A DNA stretch of 64,000 bases from Lama guanicoe (Eukaryota): positions 13,362,974-13,426,973 of the forward strand of contig MU054187.1 in the NCBI GenBank assembly GCA_013239625.1, read 5' to 3'. Below, in pieces: positions 1-12,719 of the stretch; positions within the stretch are counted from its first letter, which is position 1; each line of letters begins with the position of its first letter. Position numbers and translations under genes: made by a program. The notes beneath the pieces were generated by a model. It was not told the DNA's origin and made no database searches. It was given only the letters and a program-made list of their open reading frames with translations.

Positions 1-1189
1 CACTGTTTGAGGGAAACCTGTCATGAAAGCACATAAAAGTCAGGGATTGCCAGAGCGTTGTGTGCATGTAAACAGCGAGTGGTACAGTGCCTGGTCAGAA
101 GCGCTGAAGATGTTCTGTTTAGAACATAACATCCAGCCTACGCCTGGCGATGCGGAGGTCTGAGATAGTGTTAGAACTGTGGTCTTTCCTCCCCTCACCG
201 CTCCCTCCTTTTCTCTGTGTATATTGGGTTCACCCGCCTCGTCCCCTCAGGCTCCTGAGGCCTTGGCTTCCGCCCCTTCCAGCACTGCCCTTGGCCACTT
301 TGATGCTCCTTTATTGGGCTCAGCCTGAGGAGTTCCTGCTATTACTTCTGCAAGAGGATACTCCCTCCTAATTCCTGGCTCTCAGAACAGTTTCTTCAAG
401 GATCATCCAAGTCCCCTGGACCTCGTGTTACTGAGCTTTTGAGTTTATGGGATCCTTTCTTTGCATTTGAAGATGCTAGCTTCCAAAGTATTTGAGAACT
501 CTGTGCATTTTTGTTGTTGTTTTTGTTTCTCTTCTACTCACATTCTGCATGTCAAGGCCTTCAGTTACTTCAGTGACGTGCCCTGTAGAAGTTAATCAAC
601 ATTGTCATGAATCAATATATTTTCCTCTACTTGGCAAACCTACACGTGAAATCTCTTAACTGAGGAACAGTGCAAATGATTCCCCCATTTCCTTAAATAA
701 ATTTCTTACGTTAGTGCTATATAATGAGATGATTCTAACATAGCCCTCAGAGAATATTAACATAGGGGCAAAAGAAATTGGATTTTACAGTCATGAATTT
801 GGAACATCACTTTCTCTTTCATCTGAAAACCAGGTCCAGTCCGGAGGCTACAAATGCTCAAAATTAAGAGCCTATAGGGACAGGAGAGATGGGTATGAGA
901 CAGAAAGAGTAGGAAATGGTACCGAGATCTTTCTGAGAGCAGCCTGTGTGGAAGCAGTACACACGTTGGTCCTGCTGATTTTTCAGCCTAGTCCAGAGCC
1001 ATGTTGCCTGGAGAAGGCCTGCCCATCTAAGTTGTTATCTTAACCTCTCCAGAGAGTCTTTTGGATCTAATGTTTGCTCCTGTATCCAACCTGGACGTGA
1101 TCTACAGGCTCCTGTCCTGCAGAGATCACCAGAAAAATCAAGAAAATGTGAATTTTATCAATGAAAAGGGCCTTAGGAATTATCTAGGT

Positions 1190-1800
1190 CAGTGGTTCTC
1201 AAACATTTTTGCCTCTGATATTTTTACATTTGAAAAAAAAAATCTTAAAGACCTTGAAAAACTTTTGTTTATGTGGCTTGTATCTGTTGATATTTACTGG
1301 ATGGGAAGTCAAAGCTGAGAGGAAACTTCCATTAATTTATTTAAAAATAATAATGAACTAATTACATGTGAAAGTAAATAACATATTTTCAACGAAAGTA
1401 ACTATGTTTTCCAAAATATTTTAGTGGGAAAAGTGGCAACGTTTTGCATTTATGCAGACCTCTTTAATATCTGACTTCATAGAAGAGAGCCTTCTCATTT
1501 CTTCTTTCCACATCAATCTGTTGTGATATGTTATTTTGATTGATGTATAGGAAGAAAATTCAGCCTCATACCGAGTTGCAATTGTAAAGGAAAGAAGTGT
1601 TTTAATGGCCATTTTAGGTAATTGTGATATTCTTTGATTCTACACCTAGACTGCACAAGTATGGTTTCTGAAAAGTTGGCTACAATGTGAAATCTGAAAT
1701 CATATCAATGAACTTTTTGGATTCTGTTACATCAAAATCTACTGGTCCATCTTGCACTCCTAAATGGATTTGTTTTGTATCCCATGTATAATTTTTGATG
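1190..1800. mobile_element. hAT-Charlie DNA transposon fragment (Charlie1-like)
   Basis: Starts CAGTGGTTCTCAAAC (Charlie terminus); internal motifs such as GAATCTGAAATCATATCAATGAACTTTT-like sequence resemble Charlie1. Confidence 0.7.
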
Positions 1801-4354
1801 TTAAGTGTTATTTATGATCTTCATTTTTAAAGAGAAAACCAAGTGAAAATTTCTCCTTCATGACAACAATATAGGACAACTAGATGTGGCATAAAAGAGC
1901 AAGGCGATAAACGTGATGGTGGGGAATGGCAGGACAAATGTGCAGATGAGGATTAAGGGACACCCGAACTATCGTTAGAGGAAGGAAAGAAATCAAGTCT
2001 TCAACTTTTTTAAAAAAAGTAACGTTTATGGAATATTGCTCAGGTGCTTTAAAGAATTATCTCATTTAATCCATTTTCAATACAGTCTGTGATGTAGGAT
2101 GTATCAGTTGCACCTCACAGAGAAGAAGGTAAATGGGTAAAGGTGCAGGGCTGTGGATGGCGGGGCTAGACTGGAACCAGCTACATCTGACACGGCAGCT
2201 TGCAATCCTTTTAAAAAATATGAGTTTTTAAAAATTCTAAAAATAATATATAAACGTTTTAACAAAGAAAAGTGAAAGATAAAAACCTCTTGCTCTTTGC
2301 TCCCTACTCCTCCCCATTTCTACTGATAAGAGTAATAGTCAATACGAATACCATATTTCCATCCAGCTGAAAGCTCCTGCCTTTAACTGCTCCACAAGCC
2401 TCTTTACCACAAGCAGTGAAGGATCTCAAAGCTGATCCATAACCTATCGTGGTGAGAGGAGAACCACAAGGTCTGAGATCATTCAAGGCACTAGCACTCT
2501 CGTGCTAATTATGTTTACACAATTACATGTAGATTTCAGGTTCTGGCTACTTCCTATACTGTCTTAGAGTCATGGATTCCAGGGATTTCTCTGGACCATT
2601 GTTTTCACTGTTCTGAGAGAGAGAAGAAAAAATAACACAAGAGGCAAAACAGCATAGAAAAGGCGCTGAATGGTGGGTGGTGAGTGCAAAGACGCAAGCC
2701 CACCGCCCACCCTCAGGTGGATAAGCTGAAGTGCTCAGTGGGAAGAGAGTAGCCAGGCACCCAGTACGAGGGGAGCCAATCTGTACCTCTTAGTGAATTC
2801 TCCCAGAAGTCAGATGCTTGGCAGTGAGAAGTCAATTATGAACTTACCTGCTTTTTTGCCCTCCCAGACACTTTCTTGGTCATTTCATTTTATTTTGAAA
2901 GTATTAGGCAAACCATTTATCTATTACCTATTAAAATAGGGTATGTTCCACATAGTTCTTTTTATGGAGGGGGGATATCTTTCTTATTTACTTTTGACTT
3001 ATGAAGCATTTATTACTGGGGGAAAAAATCTCATTTGTAAATTGTAATGGTCATTGTCACTGTCTGTTGAAGGAGCCGTCAGAACATGAAGTTGCAACTG
3101 GAAGCTCATTGCAGAAGAACACGCCCCAGGTCAATTCTCCATCCACAACCAAGAGCAACGCCGAAGTGTTTCAGAATTACAGGGCTGAAAACATTTCTTT
3201 TAAAATATTCATCTTAGGAAGAGCCTGTGAAAGGGGATTTTTGTTCTCTTTGATTGAGTCAGTCTCACTAATAATACTGCTTCGGCCCCTCAAAAAGCCC
3301 CCTAAAGAGTATTTTTCAATTTACTCATTTGATTTGTCATTCAGTACTTTTACATTATATTTCTTAAAATTTTTTCCCTCAACTTTTCTTTCAGAGTTGT
3401 AGAATCAAATGGAAATAACCCTAAAGACAATCTTACTTCTCTTTCTTTTTAATTCCCTCATTTCCCCAGCCCCAGCTGCTGTTTCTCCAACCCAAATCCC
3501 TAAAGGAAAATGATGAAGCCAAAAAAGTAGAAAGGAAAGTCTGGGGATGCTTTTCTACCACTTTGAGCACACGGTAGTTACAATAGTCAGTAGTCGCGGT
3601 TGATCAAGGAAGGACCGGTTTAAGCTGCTTCAGGCTTCTCCCAACAGCATCCCTTGCCCAGAAGCTTGAGCAATTTATACTGAATCATTGGGACTTACTA
3701 GAAATTGGCCTCTCTGTTTCTTCTCTTTTTGTAAAATAACAATTCTTGACATTGGATTTTTTACGGAAACCACGAGGTAAAACATTCTTGAGAAAATGTT
3801 GTTTATTCTCTGTAAATTGTCGGATTATCAAGTGCAATAAAAAATGAATTTGCAGAGTACAACACTGTGGGTCTGTGAGTCAGCAAACAGTACCATCTGA
3901 ATGGGTGTGGGAGGCAGAATAAGGGGCAGAAAATCTGTGAGTTTGCCTGAAGTGTCCTGAAAGAATATAATAGTATTGTAATAGTAACACATATTTAAAA
4001 TATTTTCTTTGGCTTATGAAAATGTGCCCTAATATTTCCTTGTTTATTCAAATGCTTTTTCTTATCTGTATTTGCTACAAATATAGCTTTTCTTTTCTTT
4101 CCTTTTTTCTTTTCTTTTCCTTCCTTTTCTCTTTGCTCTTCTTTTCTGTTTCTGCGCTGGTGGGGCACTACTCTCACTGTTTTCATCCAGGCATCTCAAA
4201 ACAGGACCCTGTCTGAAAGACTGGAGTGTCCCTCTCGGCCAAAGCCTCCCCTCCCTTTTCTCATAGTAGTCAGTCAGCATTTAGGGCGCTGCTCACTGCC
4301 TTAGAAGAGTTGCTGAAATACTGTTATCACATTTATTCCTGATGACAGTCTCCT

Positions 4355-4450
4355 GAGGCTGGCACTGTTATTATCCCATTTTGTAGATGAGGAAACTGAG
4401 GTTGAGAGGGGTCCCTAGTCTGTGGGGTGGCAGAGCTTGGATTTCAAGTA
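4355..4450 (-). mobile_element. MIR SINE fragment
   Basis: MIR core ATCCCATTTTGTAGATGAGGAAACTGAGG. Confidence 0.8.
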
Positions 4451-5639
4451 GGGGTCTTCAGACATACAGGTTCACCTTCACAAGATGCCTAAACTACGAT
4501 GCCTCCTTCCCGTGAAAAGGACCTCCTTGGCTGGAAGCTTTGGAAAAGACCTTGACTAAGAGCTGGCTTCAGCCGACACCCTTCCTCTAGGCACCCAGAA
4601 CTTATGACCAGCCAAAGTGCCTTTAACCACCACGGTAAGGTTTCCTGTCGCTAGTTACTCCCCGGGTTTCTTTTACCAGAGAGACAGATGCCACAGAAAC
4701 CAAGTAACTAGACCCCCAGACTCCTACCCTGAAGACTGGACCTGCAGGCTGGATCCCCACCGAGCATGAACAAAAGCCAAGAAAATGGTGCCAGAAAGCA
4801 GTTCTCCAGAGTTTTGGTTTGGTTTAATTCAAAACAGGAAATCACGTTCCCTCACCTCCCTCTCACCTCCTAAACTCCAGCTGTATTTTCTCTCTCTGGT
4901 CAAGAAAACTGCCTTTCAATTTTATAAAATAACAGACACACCTCAAATTGGACAGTTGTTTAGGTAGTTTTTCCCCTTCACACTTTTCTACATTTTCTAA
5001 ATGTTCTACAAAGAGAATGCTCCTTTAAAAAAAAAAACCTGCTTTTAAAACACCATGTCATGGGCTTCCCAAGTCATTACTTCCTGTGAAAACTGCAGTG
5101 GGAATGGAAGAAAATAACAAGGAAGATGAGGTGGTTACGTCAAAAGCTCTATATAAGAATTATTTGAAAAAAAGAAAAGCGCTACCAATTGGCACCTTGT
5201 ATTATGGTTTTATTCTGTCATTTGGACCTGAGACCCATCCCCTACTCTGGGTGTGTGGGCTTGAACTACCCAATTGTAGGCACTGGGGTGTGCTTAATAG
5301 GTTGATGAAAGTGTCCAATATATGTACGTGTGCGTGTGTGTGTGTAAGGAAGAAAGAAGTGCATCTATATGCCTTTGAAGAGTGTATACCTTTCAACCTG
5401 GCCCTGACCCCAAAAGACTCTTGGGGCCTAACAAGCCTCCAGTGTTTGCCTTCCAGTAGCCCTTGCCTTGAGAAGAAGAATCAGAACCATAGAAATTAAT
5501 ACTCTCCGAGAGTTACCTGGGGAAAAGCGCCCTTCTGCTGACAGCGACCCAATCCCTGCCTAGAGACAAGAGGGCACCTTCAAGTGAATTCCCAGGCCAA
5601 GCTCGCTCAAGAGCAACAAAGACCACACTCTGGTGCCCC

Positions 5640-6733
5640 AAGGGTTTTCACAACGCGTTTTATTATTCATAAAAAAATAAATTTATTTACATCTGCTAAT
5701 TATGGTAGTGCAGCCTGGGGCAGCGACGCGGTCCCCTTGAGCAGGTCACTAGGTACCGAACAGCCTCCGCGGTCCAGCCAGAGGTCCTGCCACGGAGGAA
5801 AACGTGGGCGGCGCCGGGAGGCAGAGTTGGAGGAGGCGGCCACCTGAGCTTGGAGATGGGAGGCCAGGCGGGGACGGTCAGGAGTTGCAGGGGGAGGTGG
5901 GGTGAGTGGGCTGCAAGTAGGTGTGGGAGGAGGGAGTAGAGAGAGGCCCCGAAGGAGGCCCAGCTAGGTTGGTGGTGGAAGGCCTGTGGGAGGTTCGAGC
6001 CTAGAAGGGGAGGAGGGTAGACGGGAGCCCGGTTAGGAAGAGACGGGAGCCTGCGGGGAGTGAAGGGCTGCGCCATACCGGAGGCCGAACTGCTGGGACG
6101 CTCCCGGGAAAACCCAGCGGGGTTTGGTCTCTGAAAGCGCGCCTCCCCCTCTCCCCGCACCGAGAGGGCACCGTCCGTCCCGCAGCGGGGAGCTGACCTG
6201 TAGGGTACAAACCTGGGCCAGGTGTGCCACACTCCTCTCTTTGCAACTGAAGAGCGTGCCCCGATGTAGGTCTTAAGTGAAGACCTCTGCTTTTAAAGCC
6301 GACCATGGAGAGCGCGTTCTAACCACTGCCTAACCGTGAGGGCCTGGCCTGTGCAGAGTCGTGCCACCACAGATGTGTATCTGGCTTAGCTTGCAAACTA
6401 ACCCTTGGGCGGCTGGCCTGGGCTCAGACTGCAGCGCCGGGGTTAGTCTACACTGCTAAAAGCCCAGGTTGGATCTGCGTCCGCGCGTAAAGCGTCCTCG
6501 CCCGGACGCGTGGCAGCCTAGCGATCCGCGCCCTGTGATGACAGCTGCGCCGCCGACCCTCAGGCTCTGCCCCCAACGCCCGCCACCTGTTGAGTTCACA
6601 GTTCCGGGGTGGGGGAGTCTAGGAGAATCCAATGGAACTTCCCATTTCTGGGGTTTCTCACGCGGTCTCGCTTCTCTCCTTGGCCCCCAAACACAGGCGC
6701 TTAAGCAATAATCCCGTCGAGTTGGAGCTCCTT
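5640..6733 (-). other. MSC: MSC 3' UTR (end approximate)
   Basis: Runs from the stop codon to two minus-strand AATAAA signals at 5687-5682 and 5664-5659. Confidence 0.7.
5659..5687 (-). terminator. MSC polyadenylation signals (two AATAAA)
   Basis: TTTATT at 5659-5664 and 5682-5687, in an AT-rich patch at the end of a GC-rich UTR. Confidence 0.75.
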
Positions 6734-6820
6734 CTAAGCGGTGGTCCCACATAATCTGTTAACTGCGGCAACTTCTTTGGTGTCAGAGTCGGGTCGTCCC
6801 GAGACCACAAAAGGCCAAGT
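6734..6820 (-). CDS. MSC: Musculin coding exon 2 (28 aa + TAG)
   Basis: Acceptor TTTTTGATTTTACAG|ACT at 6821, then [28 protein letters not shown], the MSC/TCF21-type C-terminus. Spliced protein is 198 aa. Confidence 0.97.
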   Translation of the reverse strand, partial: TWPFVVSGRPDSDTKEVAAVNRLCGTTA

Positions 6821-7093
6821 CTGTAAAATCAAAAAGAGCATTAGATACTGTGGGAGAAACAACCGTTTCAAACCGAAACCGCTCTCCAAAATGAACCCTG
6901 GAATATCCCTGGCTTTGAGTAGATCTGAATTTGTCAATATTCTGGGAATCTGCGTGTTTTCTCTCTAAACTAAGACTTCAATTTTACTGGAGTTTGATAA
7001 CGTGAGACGTGAGGTGTCTGTCCATGCTGCCCTCACGATGATTCGGCGAAACTTGCATGAATTAGGGATTTTGCCGCTTAATTTTCTTCTCCT

Positions 7094-7095
<2 letters not shown>

Positions 7096-7148
<53 letters not shown>
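7096..7148. repeat. (CA)n microsatellite in MSC intron
   Basis: Perfect CA dinucleotide run. Confidence 0.97.
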
Positions 7149-7149
<1 letters not shown>

Positions 7150-7719
7150 CCATTCGCTCCAAGTAGGAACTAGGATATGATCTTTCTCAAGCCCAGAGTG
7201 TTGGCAAGTCGGAGAGGGACTTTCCAGACAAATCCCGTTTGGGGAAACCTCTGCTGTTCTTCAAGAACTGAAAAATCCAAAGTCTTTTTAAAAAGAGCTC
7301 GGCCTTTGCTCCTTCCTTTCAGAAAGTAGAGCTCGTTGATTCAAACCTGTCACACTCAGCTGGAAACAGTTAGGGAAGGGCGATTTGCCATGCAATCTGC
7401 AACGGGGTAACGGACTCAGATGGAACCTAGATTCACCCCGGAAGTAGGATTTTAACCAATAGCTGTCACTGGGCAAAGCACCACGTACAATGGTCAGAAT
7501 GATGCAAACCCAGAAGGATGGATGGTTCTCCTCCAGGAAAACCGCTGGCATCTCCTATGATTTGGGAGAAACTAAACCGGTCTCCTCACCACCCAGTCCG
7601 GACTCCACCCGCCATCCCTCTTCAGGGTTCCTCCCGTCCACTAGACTCTGCCCGGTGCCCGGGAGCGCGCTGGGCATCTCTGGGCCGCTCGCCCCGGGCC
7701 TCGCGCGCGGCGCCCCTAC

Positions 7720-8229
7720 CAGGTTCACCGGGTGCACGTAGCTGTTCTCGTAGCGGTCCTCCTGCAGCAGCTGCCGCAGGTGCGCGATGTAACTGGAAGC
7801 CAGCCGGAGCGTGTCCAGCTTGGAAAGCTTGGTGTCGGGGGGCACCCAGGGCAGGCTGGTCTTGAGTCGGGAGAAGGCTTTGCTCAGCACGCGCATCCGG
7901 GCGCGCTCGCGGGCGTTGGCCGCGTTCCTCTGCGACTGCTTGCACTCGGCGGCCGAGCCCTTGGGCGGGAGGGGCTTCTTGCCGCCGCCGCCCCCCGCCA
8001 CCCGAGGCCGCTTCCTCTTGCAGCCTCCCGCGCCGCGGGCCGCTCCCAGGGCACAGCGCTCCTCCTCGCCGTCGGGGTCTTCCTCCTCCGCAGAAGAGTT
8101 GTCACTGGGCGAGATGTAGCTGCGCTCGGCGCCGCGGAGGGGCGGCCTCTTGGAGGCGGGGACCGGGTACCCCCGCTGCAGACCCCGCAGCTCCATCTCC
8201 TCGGGGTCGCTCACCGAGCCGGTGGACAT
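7720..8229 (-). CDS. MSC: Musculin (MyoR/ABF-1) bHLH transcription factor, coding exon 1 (170 codons)
   Basis: Translation [18 protein letters not shown]...[71 protein letters not shown] is the musculin N-terminus plus bHLH. ATG at 8229-8227; phase-0 donor CTG|GTAGGG at 7719. Confidence 0.98.
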
Positions 8230-8446
8230 CGCTGTGTCCCCCACGCCCCCGCCTTCCTCCTCCAGGCCAGCCTCGCGGTCTCCGCCTTCCGCTCCCTTGC
8301 GGAGGCGGGGGGACAGGCTGAACTCCCTTGAGCTCTAGATACCGCGGCCGGGAAGCGCGGAGCCCCGCCGCTGCCCCGGGAGAGCGCGGCCGAGAAGTCA
8401 GCGCCCTGGCCCCGGCTCGGCGCTCACAACCGCGCGCTGCGCCTTT

Positions 8447-8462
8447 TGACAGGTCTATTTAT
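8447..8462 (-). promoter_or_regulatory. Putative MSC core promoter: TATA-like ATAAATA with adjacent TGACAG (MEIS/TALE) site
   Basis: Minus strand GGATAAATAGACCTGTCAAAA, ~230 bp upstream of the ATG; isolated AT patch in the CpG island. Predicted TSS ~8430. Confidence 0.55.
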
Positions 8463-10529
8463 CCGTACTGCTCGGAGCAAACCACCCCAGGCAAAGAACA
8501 GGGGGTTGGAAAGGGGGGCAAGAGGAGGGGCGGGGGCGTGGAAAGGGTGGGGACCGCTTTTCTGAGTGCAGAGGATCTGCTGGTGGGGCGGGGAAGGGGA
8601 AGTCTCTGCTGAGCAGAGATTTGGGCCCCTGGGCCGCACCGACGGGTCACTGCGAGATAAGTGTGCGTAAAGTGAGTGGAGGAGGGACCTTCGTTCCCAC
8701 CCACTTCCCTCCCCACTCATCTTAGCGATGGCTAAGATTGCCGGACACTTGGAAACCCTAGGATCGCGACCTTTGCTTCTGTCCCAAGTTTTTTCCATCA
8801 GAACTGTATTTTCCAAGTTCATCACTCATAATGTATGACTGCCAATCCAAGCCTGGCCCGACGAAAGAGTAAAAGCTAAACAAGCAAACAACACCGAACT
8901 ATCCGCAAGTTACCTCTCATTTTCCTGCCCTCTTTTCCTTTAACGTCGATAAATGATTTACACAACTTTCATCTACATTGGTCCCTTTTATTTTCAAACA
9001 TCTGTGATTTAAATGTTATTGTCTCCGCTTTGCAGAACTCGGAGCTAAGCCTCAGACGTAGATATTAAGGACCTCAAATCAATAGGCTGGTAAATAGGAT
9101 ATGGAGTCAAAATCCATGTGTAGAATCCCTGGCCCCTCAGTATTCCAGTCGCTACACCCCTCCTGGCCACACAGCACAGGATGCTGTATCTGCTGTTTTC
9201 TGCTGTCTTGAGAGTTCCTTGCGTCAATTTTGTTTTTAATACCACAGTGCGTAAGACAGAGGAGGCTACCCCAGCTCTTCGGGTTATAGTCTAGGGAATG
9301 GACTACTATTTTAGATGGTGTGTTGAAGAGAGCGCTCCTGGATGCTAAGTCAGCACAATCGTCCAAAGTAAAAACAAAACAAAACAAAACAAAAACGACA
9401 AAACAGCACCCAGATGTATGCTCCTCCCCTCAAAGGAGACAAAACACAACTGCGGTCTCATCATTTTATAACTCGAGACGCGTTTGCAAAACGTGGCCTA
9501 GGGATGTGTACTTCATTTTGGAAGCGGACACCAATGGCCAGCTATACTGAATGCCTGCTGTGTGTGCCAGGCACCGCTCCAGGCGCCATGCGACTGCCCA
9601 CCGAGTAACTAAAACACACAAAAGTAAAACAGCAAAATAAAGCTCTATGAAGTCGGGGTTTAGTTAGTTACTCCGTTTTACACTGAGAAAATTGAATCTT
9701 CACATGCAAATTAGGTATTTACCTGTCCTTCTCTTAAGAGCCCACAGTTTCCCAAGCTGAGTGAAGCTTAAGGAGACAGATGTGCAGGCAGCCCGGGACG
9801 GATTGGGCAGAAGCCGCCGGGCCAGCCTCCCTCTGCTGCCTCCTCCAGCAGAACAAATGCTCCCGGCTCCCTGCCTGAAGTGCAGCAACAGGTGGCTGGC
9901 CCGGGCTGACTTCATCACTCAGGCATCATTCCACCTTCGTCTCCTGTGGGGATGTTTCGCCAAACCCCTCCAGTTCGCCCCCGTTTGCAGAGGTTTTCTC
10001 GCCGTATATTTTGTCATTTTGTTGGGTGGGGGGGGTCGTGGTGGTGAGGAGGGAGGGAAACTGGGGGAGAGGTTCCTTTGGGAGCAGTTAAGTGAAAAGA
10101 TCCCTTGCTCTCGGTTCTCTCTGGGCTGGGAACACCCAGGGAGTACTAGACAGAGCAGAGAAATCCTTCCTGGGACGCCTGAGCTTGAACTTGACTCTAG
10201 TGTGACAGGCGAAGGAGAAAAGTAAAAAGAGAAGGGGTAGCAAAAAGATGTAAAGGGGAGATCTCGGGCAGCTTTCTGCATCACCTATTGATGACTTGAA
10301 GCTATCAGTATAAATACAGAGTCTCACACATTAGAGGCAGGCATATAGGTTTTGAAAATCTGGATTGTTTATACAGGTGCAGAACAAAGTCTTTCTTTAG
10401 AAAAGATTAATGGCAGAGAGAGCGCTAGATTTTCTCTAAACAGTCGCAAAAACTGTACCCAGCCTCAACGCGAGGCGGGTCATGGCCAGTTTCTTTTCCT
10501 TGAAGCAACTGCCTGACCCCAAGGATTCG

Positions 10530-10740
10530 TTCTTTTTTTTCCCCTATAGCTCTTTCCTTTGCTTTCCCTTCTTTTTTTCCCTCTTCTTTCTCCCTTCCTC
10601 CCTCCCTCCCGTCCCTCTCTCCCTTCCCCCCTTTCTCCCTCTGATCTCTTTAAAGAAAGACACCTATTTTCTCTTTTTTTCATTTCCCCTTCCCTCCATT
10701 TCTTCTAGTTATATTTCCATCGTTTCTTCTCTTTTTTTCG
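10530..10740. repeat. Polypyrimidine low-complexity tract
   Basis: CT/CCTT-rich run. Confidence 0.85.
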
Positions 10741-11224
10741 AGTTGCAGACTCCTAATGAAATTAAGAAATGTATCTTCATATACATTTCCTGTTTGTATA
10801 TAACTGAAGTTTGCTTTTAACACGTTTGTAATGATATCTGACTCTTGTCACCACTTCACACTTTCAAAATGCTTTTACTTTTCCTTCTCTCTCAGTGGCT
10901 CCAAAAACCTCATGAGCTGAATAACGCAAGTAGAATTCTTTTGAAAACCCAGTTGTTTTAATTGTTTGGGCTAGTTACCACACATTGCAGGTGAATAATA
11001 AAACTTTCGCTTTTGTATTTTAAAAAAGCACATTGAAGCCAATTCCTACCTGCTCATGCTTTACAACCTTTTAGATGTGAAACATGAATACACAGTTGCT
11101 TATGGTATGTATTGATGATTTTGAAATTAGTCAAGATATTCTTTTTAAGAATGCAATGGGAAGTGGGGTTAAAGTTATCTTATCAGATATTAATACATTT
11201 AATAATAATTCATACATTAATAAT

Positions 11225-11405
11225 TCTGGCTGTTCTGCTTATTAGCTGTATGACCTTGGGCAATTTACTTTTCCTGAGGCTCAGATTACTAATCTACAAT
11301 ATGAAAAATCTATTTTGTTGTGAGGAAGGGAAGTATATAACCAATTGCCTGGGCCACAGCCCGATGCATGGGAGAAAATCAATAAATGCTAGTTATTTTT
11401 ATTAC
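11225..11405 (+). mobile_element. MIR SINE fragment
   Basis: CTTATTAGCTGTATGACCTTGGGCAATTTACTT...TCAATAAATGCTAGTTATT. Confidence 0.7.
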
Positions 11406-12174
11406 TATGAATTGCCTTCTCAACATCACACATTTACGAAGTGTCAGGGCCCAGAACTGACCCAGAGTTTGTATATCAGGCCTTGTTCTAGGCTTCAGAG
11501 GGCACCAGATGTTTCATTTGCTTTGACTACAGGTTTCTAGGGTCTGAAGTGCAAGGTCCCATAGCCCAACATTTTCCATAGATCTCATAAGAGACTTTAC
11601 TGAGGGAAAATGGATGGAACTACATTAGAGTCTTTCTCCAAGTTTTCTCACCATGAAAGTCATAGCACTTCTCCAAGGTTCATTTTCCCTATCTGAAACC
11701 TGGGATAAATTGCCTACATCAGAGTTACTGACAGGATTAAATGAGAGTGTGGAGAAGCAGCATGCTACATGTAACACAGAAAAGGTGCATAATTTACTAA
11801 AATATTAAAAAATGCAGACTTTGGTTTTCTAAAAAGAGAGAATGAGGTGGACAATAATCAGAGACTATAGAAAAAAGCCATTTAATGCCACTCGCCCACC
11901 AGAAGTACGTACTAGGTAAGGACGTCTGACGTTGGGCAAGTCAAGTACCTTCAGAATTTTTTTGTGGGGGGGCTGTGTCTATACTCTGTGAACACAAGTC
12001 AAAGCTTGTAGTAAGTAGGTGTTTAAGAAATGGTTGTTGGTGGGAATGCATTTGAATGGATACAGTCCTCCCCACATGACTTTCCTAGTGGTGTCCCCAG
12101 AGCCTCCTGATGTTCTGGGTTGTCCAGTTGGCCGAAGAAACTGCCCATACCTTGATCTAGAAAAATAGTCTAGA

Positions 12175-12465
12175 TCAGCACTGGCCACCATGGAAGCCAC
12201 CAGCCATATGAGGAAATTGAGCACTTGGCATGTGGCTAGGGTGTACAGTATTGTAAAATACACATCAGATATTGAAGACAATATGAGGAGAAGAATGTAA
12301 AATATCTCACTGATTTAAGAAAATATGACAAGGATAATACTTTGGATATACTGGGTTAAAGGAGGCATATTATTAGAAATAATTTTACCATTTCTTTTTA
12401 CTTTTATAAAATTCCTAGAAACTTAGAATTACAGATGTGGCTCACATTATTTATTTCTGTTGGAT
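12175..12465. mobile_element. hAT-Charlie MITE (MER33/MER3-like)
   Basis: TTGAGCACTTGGCATGTGGCTAG...GTAAAATACACA...AATTACAGATGTGGCTCACATTAT...TTGGA. Confidence 0.75.
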
Positions 12466-12719
12466 AATTCGGGGATAAATGCTGCAAATGTGCATTGGGT
12501 GTCTACTCCTTGCCGTGGCAGGTGTTGGTGAGACCAACTTCCGCCCACTCAGAAGGCATTCTCGTGGGAAAAAAACACCATAATGCGGGAAGCACACATG
12601 GCAACACGTTTCCTCTTACTAACCCTGTCCTCTGCTTGCACCATTTCACGTGTACCCAACTACTCGAATCTGCAACCCCAGAACATGCTGACAAACGCTT
12701 CTGGTTGGCTTGGATTTCT

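Larger units (their letters stand above)
7600..8770. promoter_or_regulatory. CpG island over MSC exon 1 and promoter
   Basis: Very high GC and CpG density; a second CpG-rich block at ~5700-6800 covers exon 2 and the 3' UTR. Confidence 0.9.

Noticed and set aside
7555..8244. 229-aa ORF taken as the full MSC protein
   Set aside because: It starts at a GTG five codons upstream of the conserved ATG and reads through the donor at 7719 into the intron; the true C-terminus is in exon 2.
7732..8331. 199-aa + strand ORF and other overlapping ORFs over MSC exon 1
   Set aside because: Shadow ORFs of GC-rich coding sequence, with no recognisable domain.
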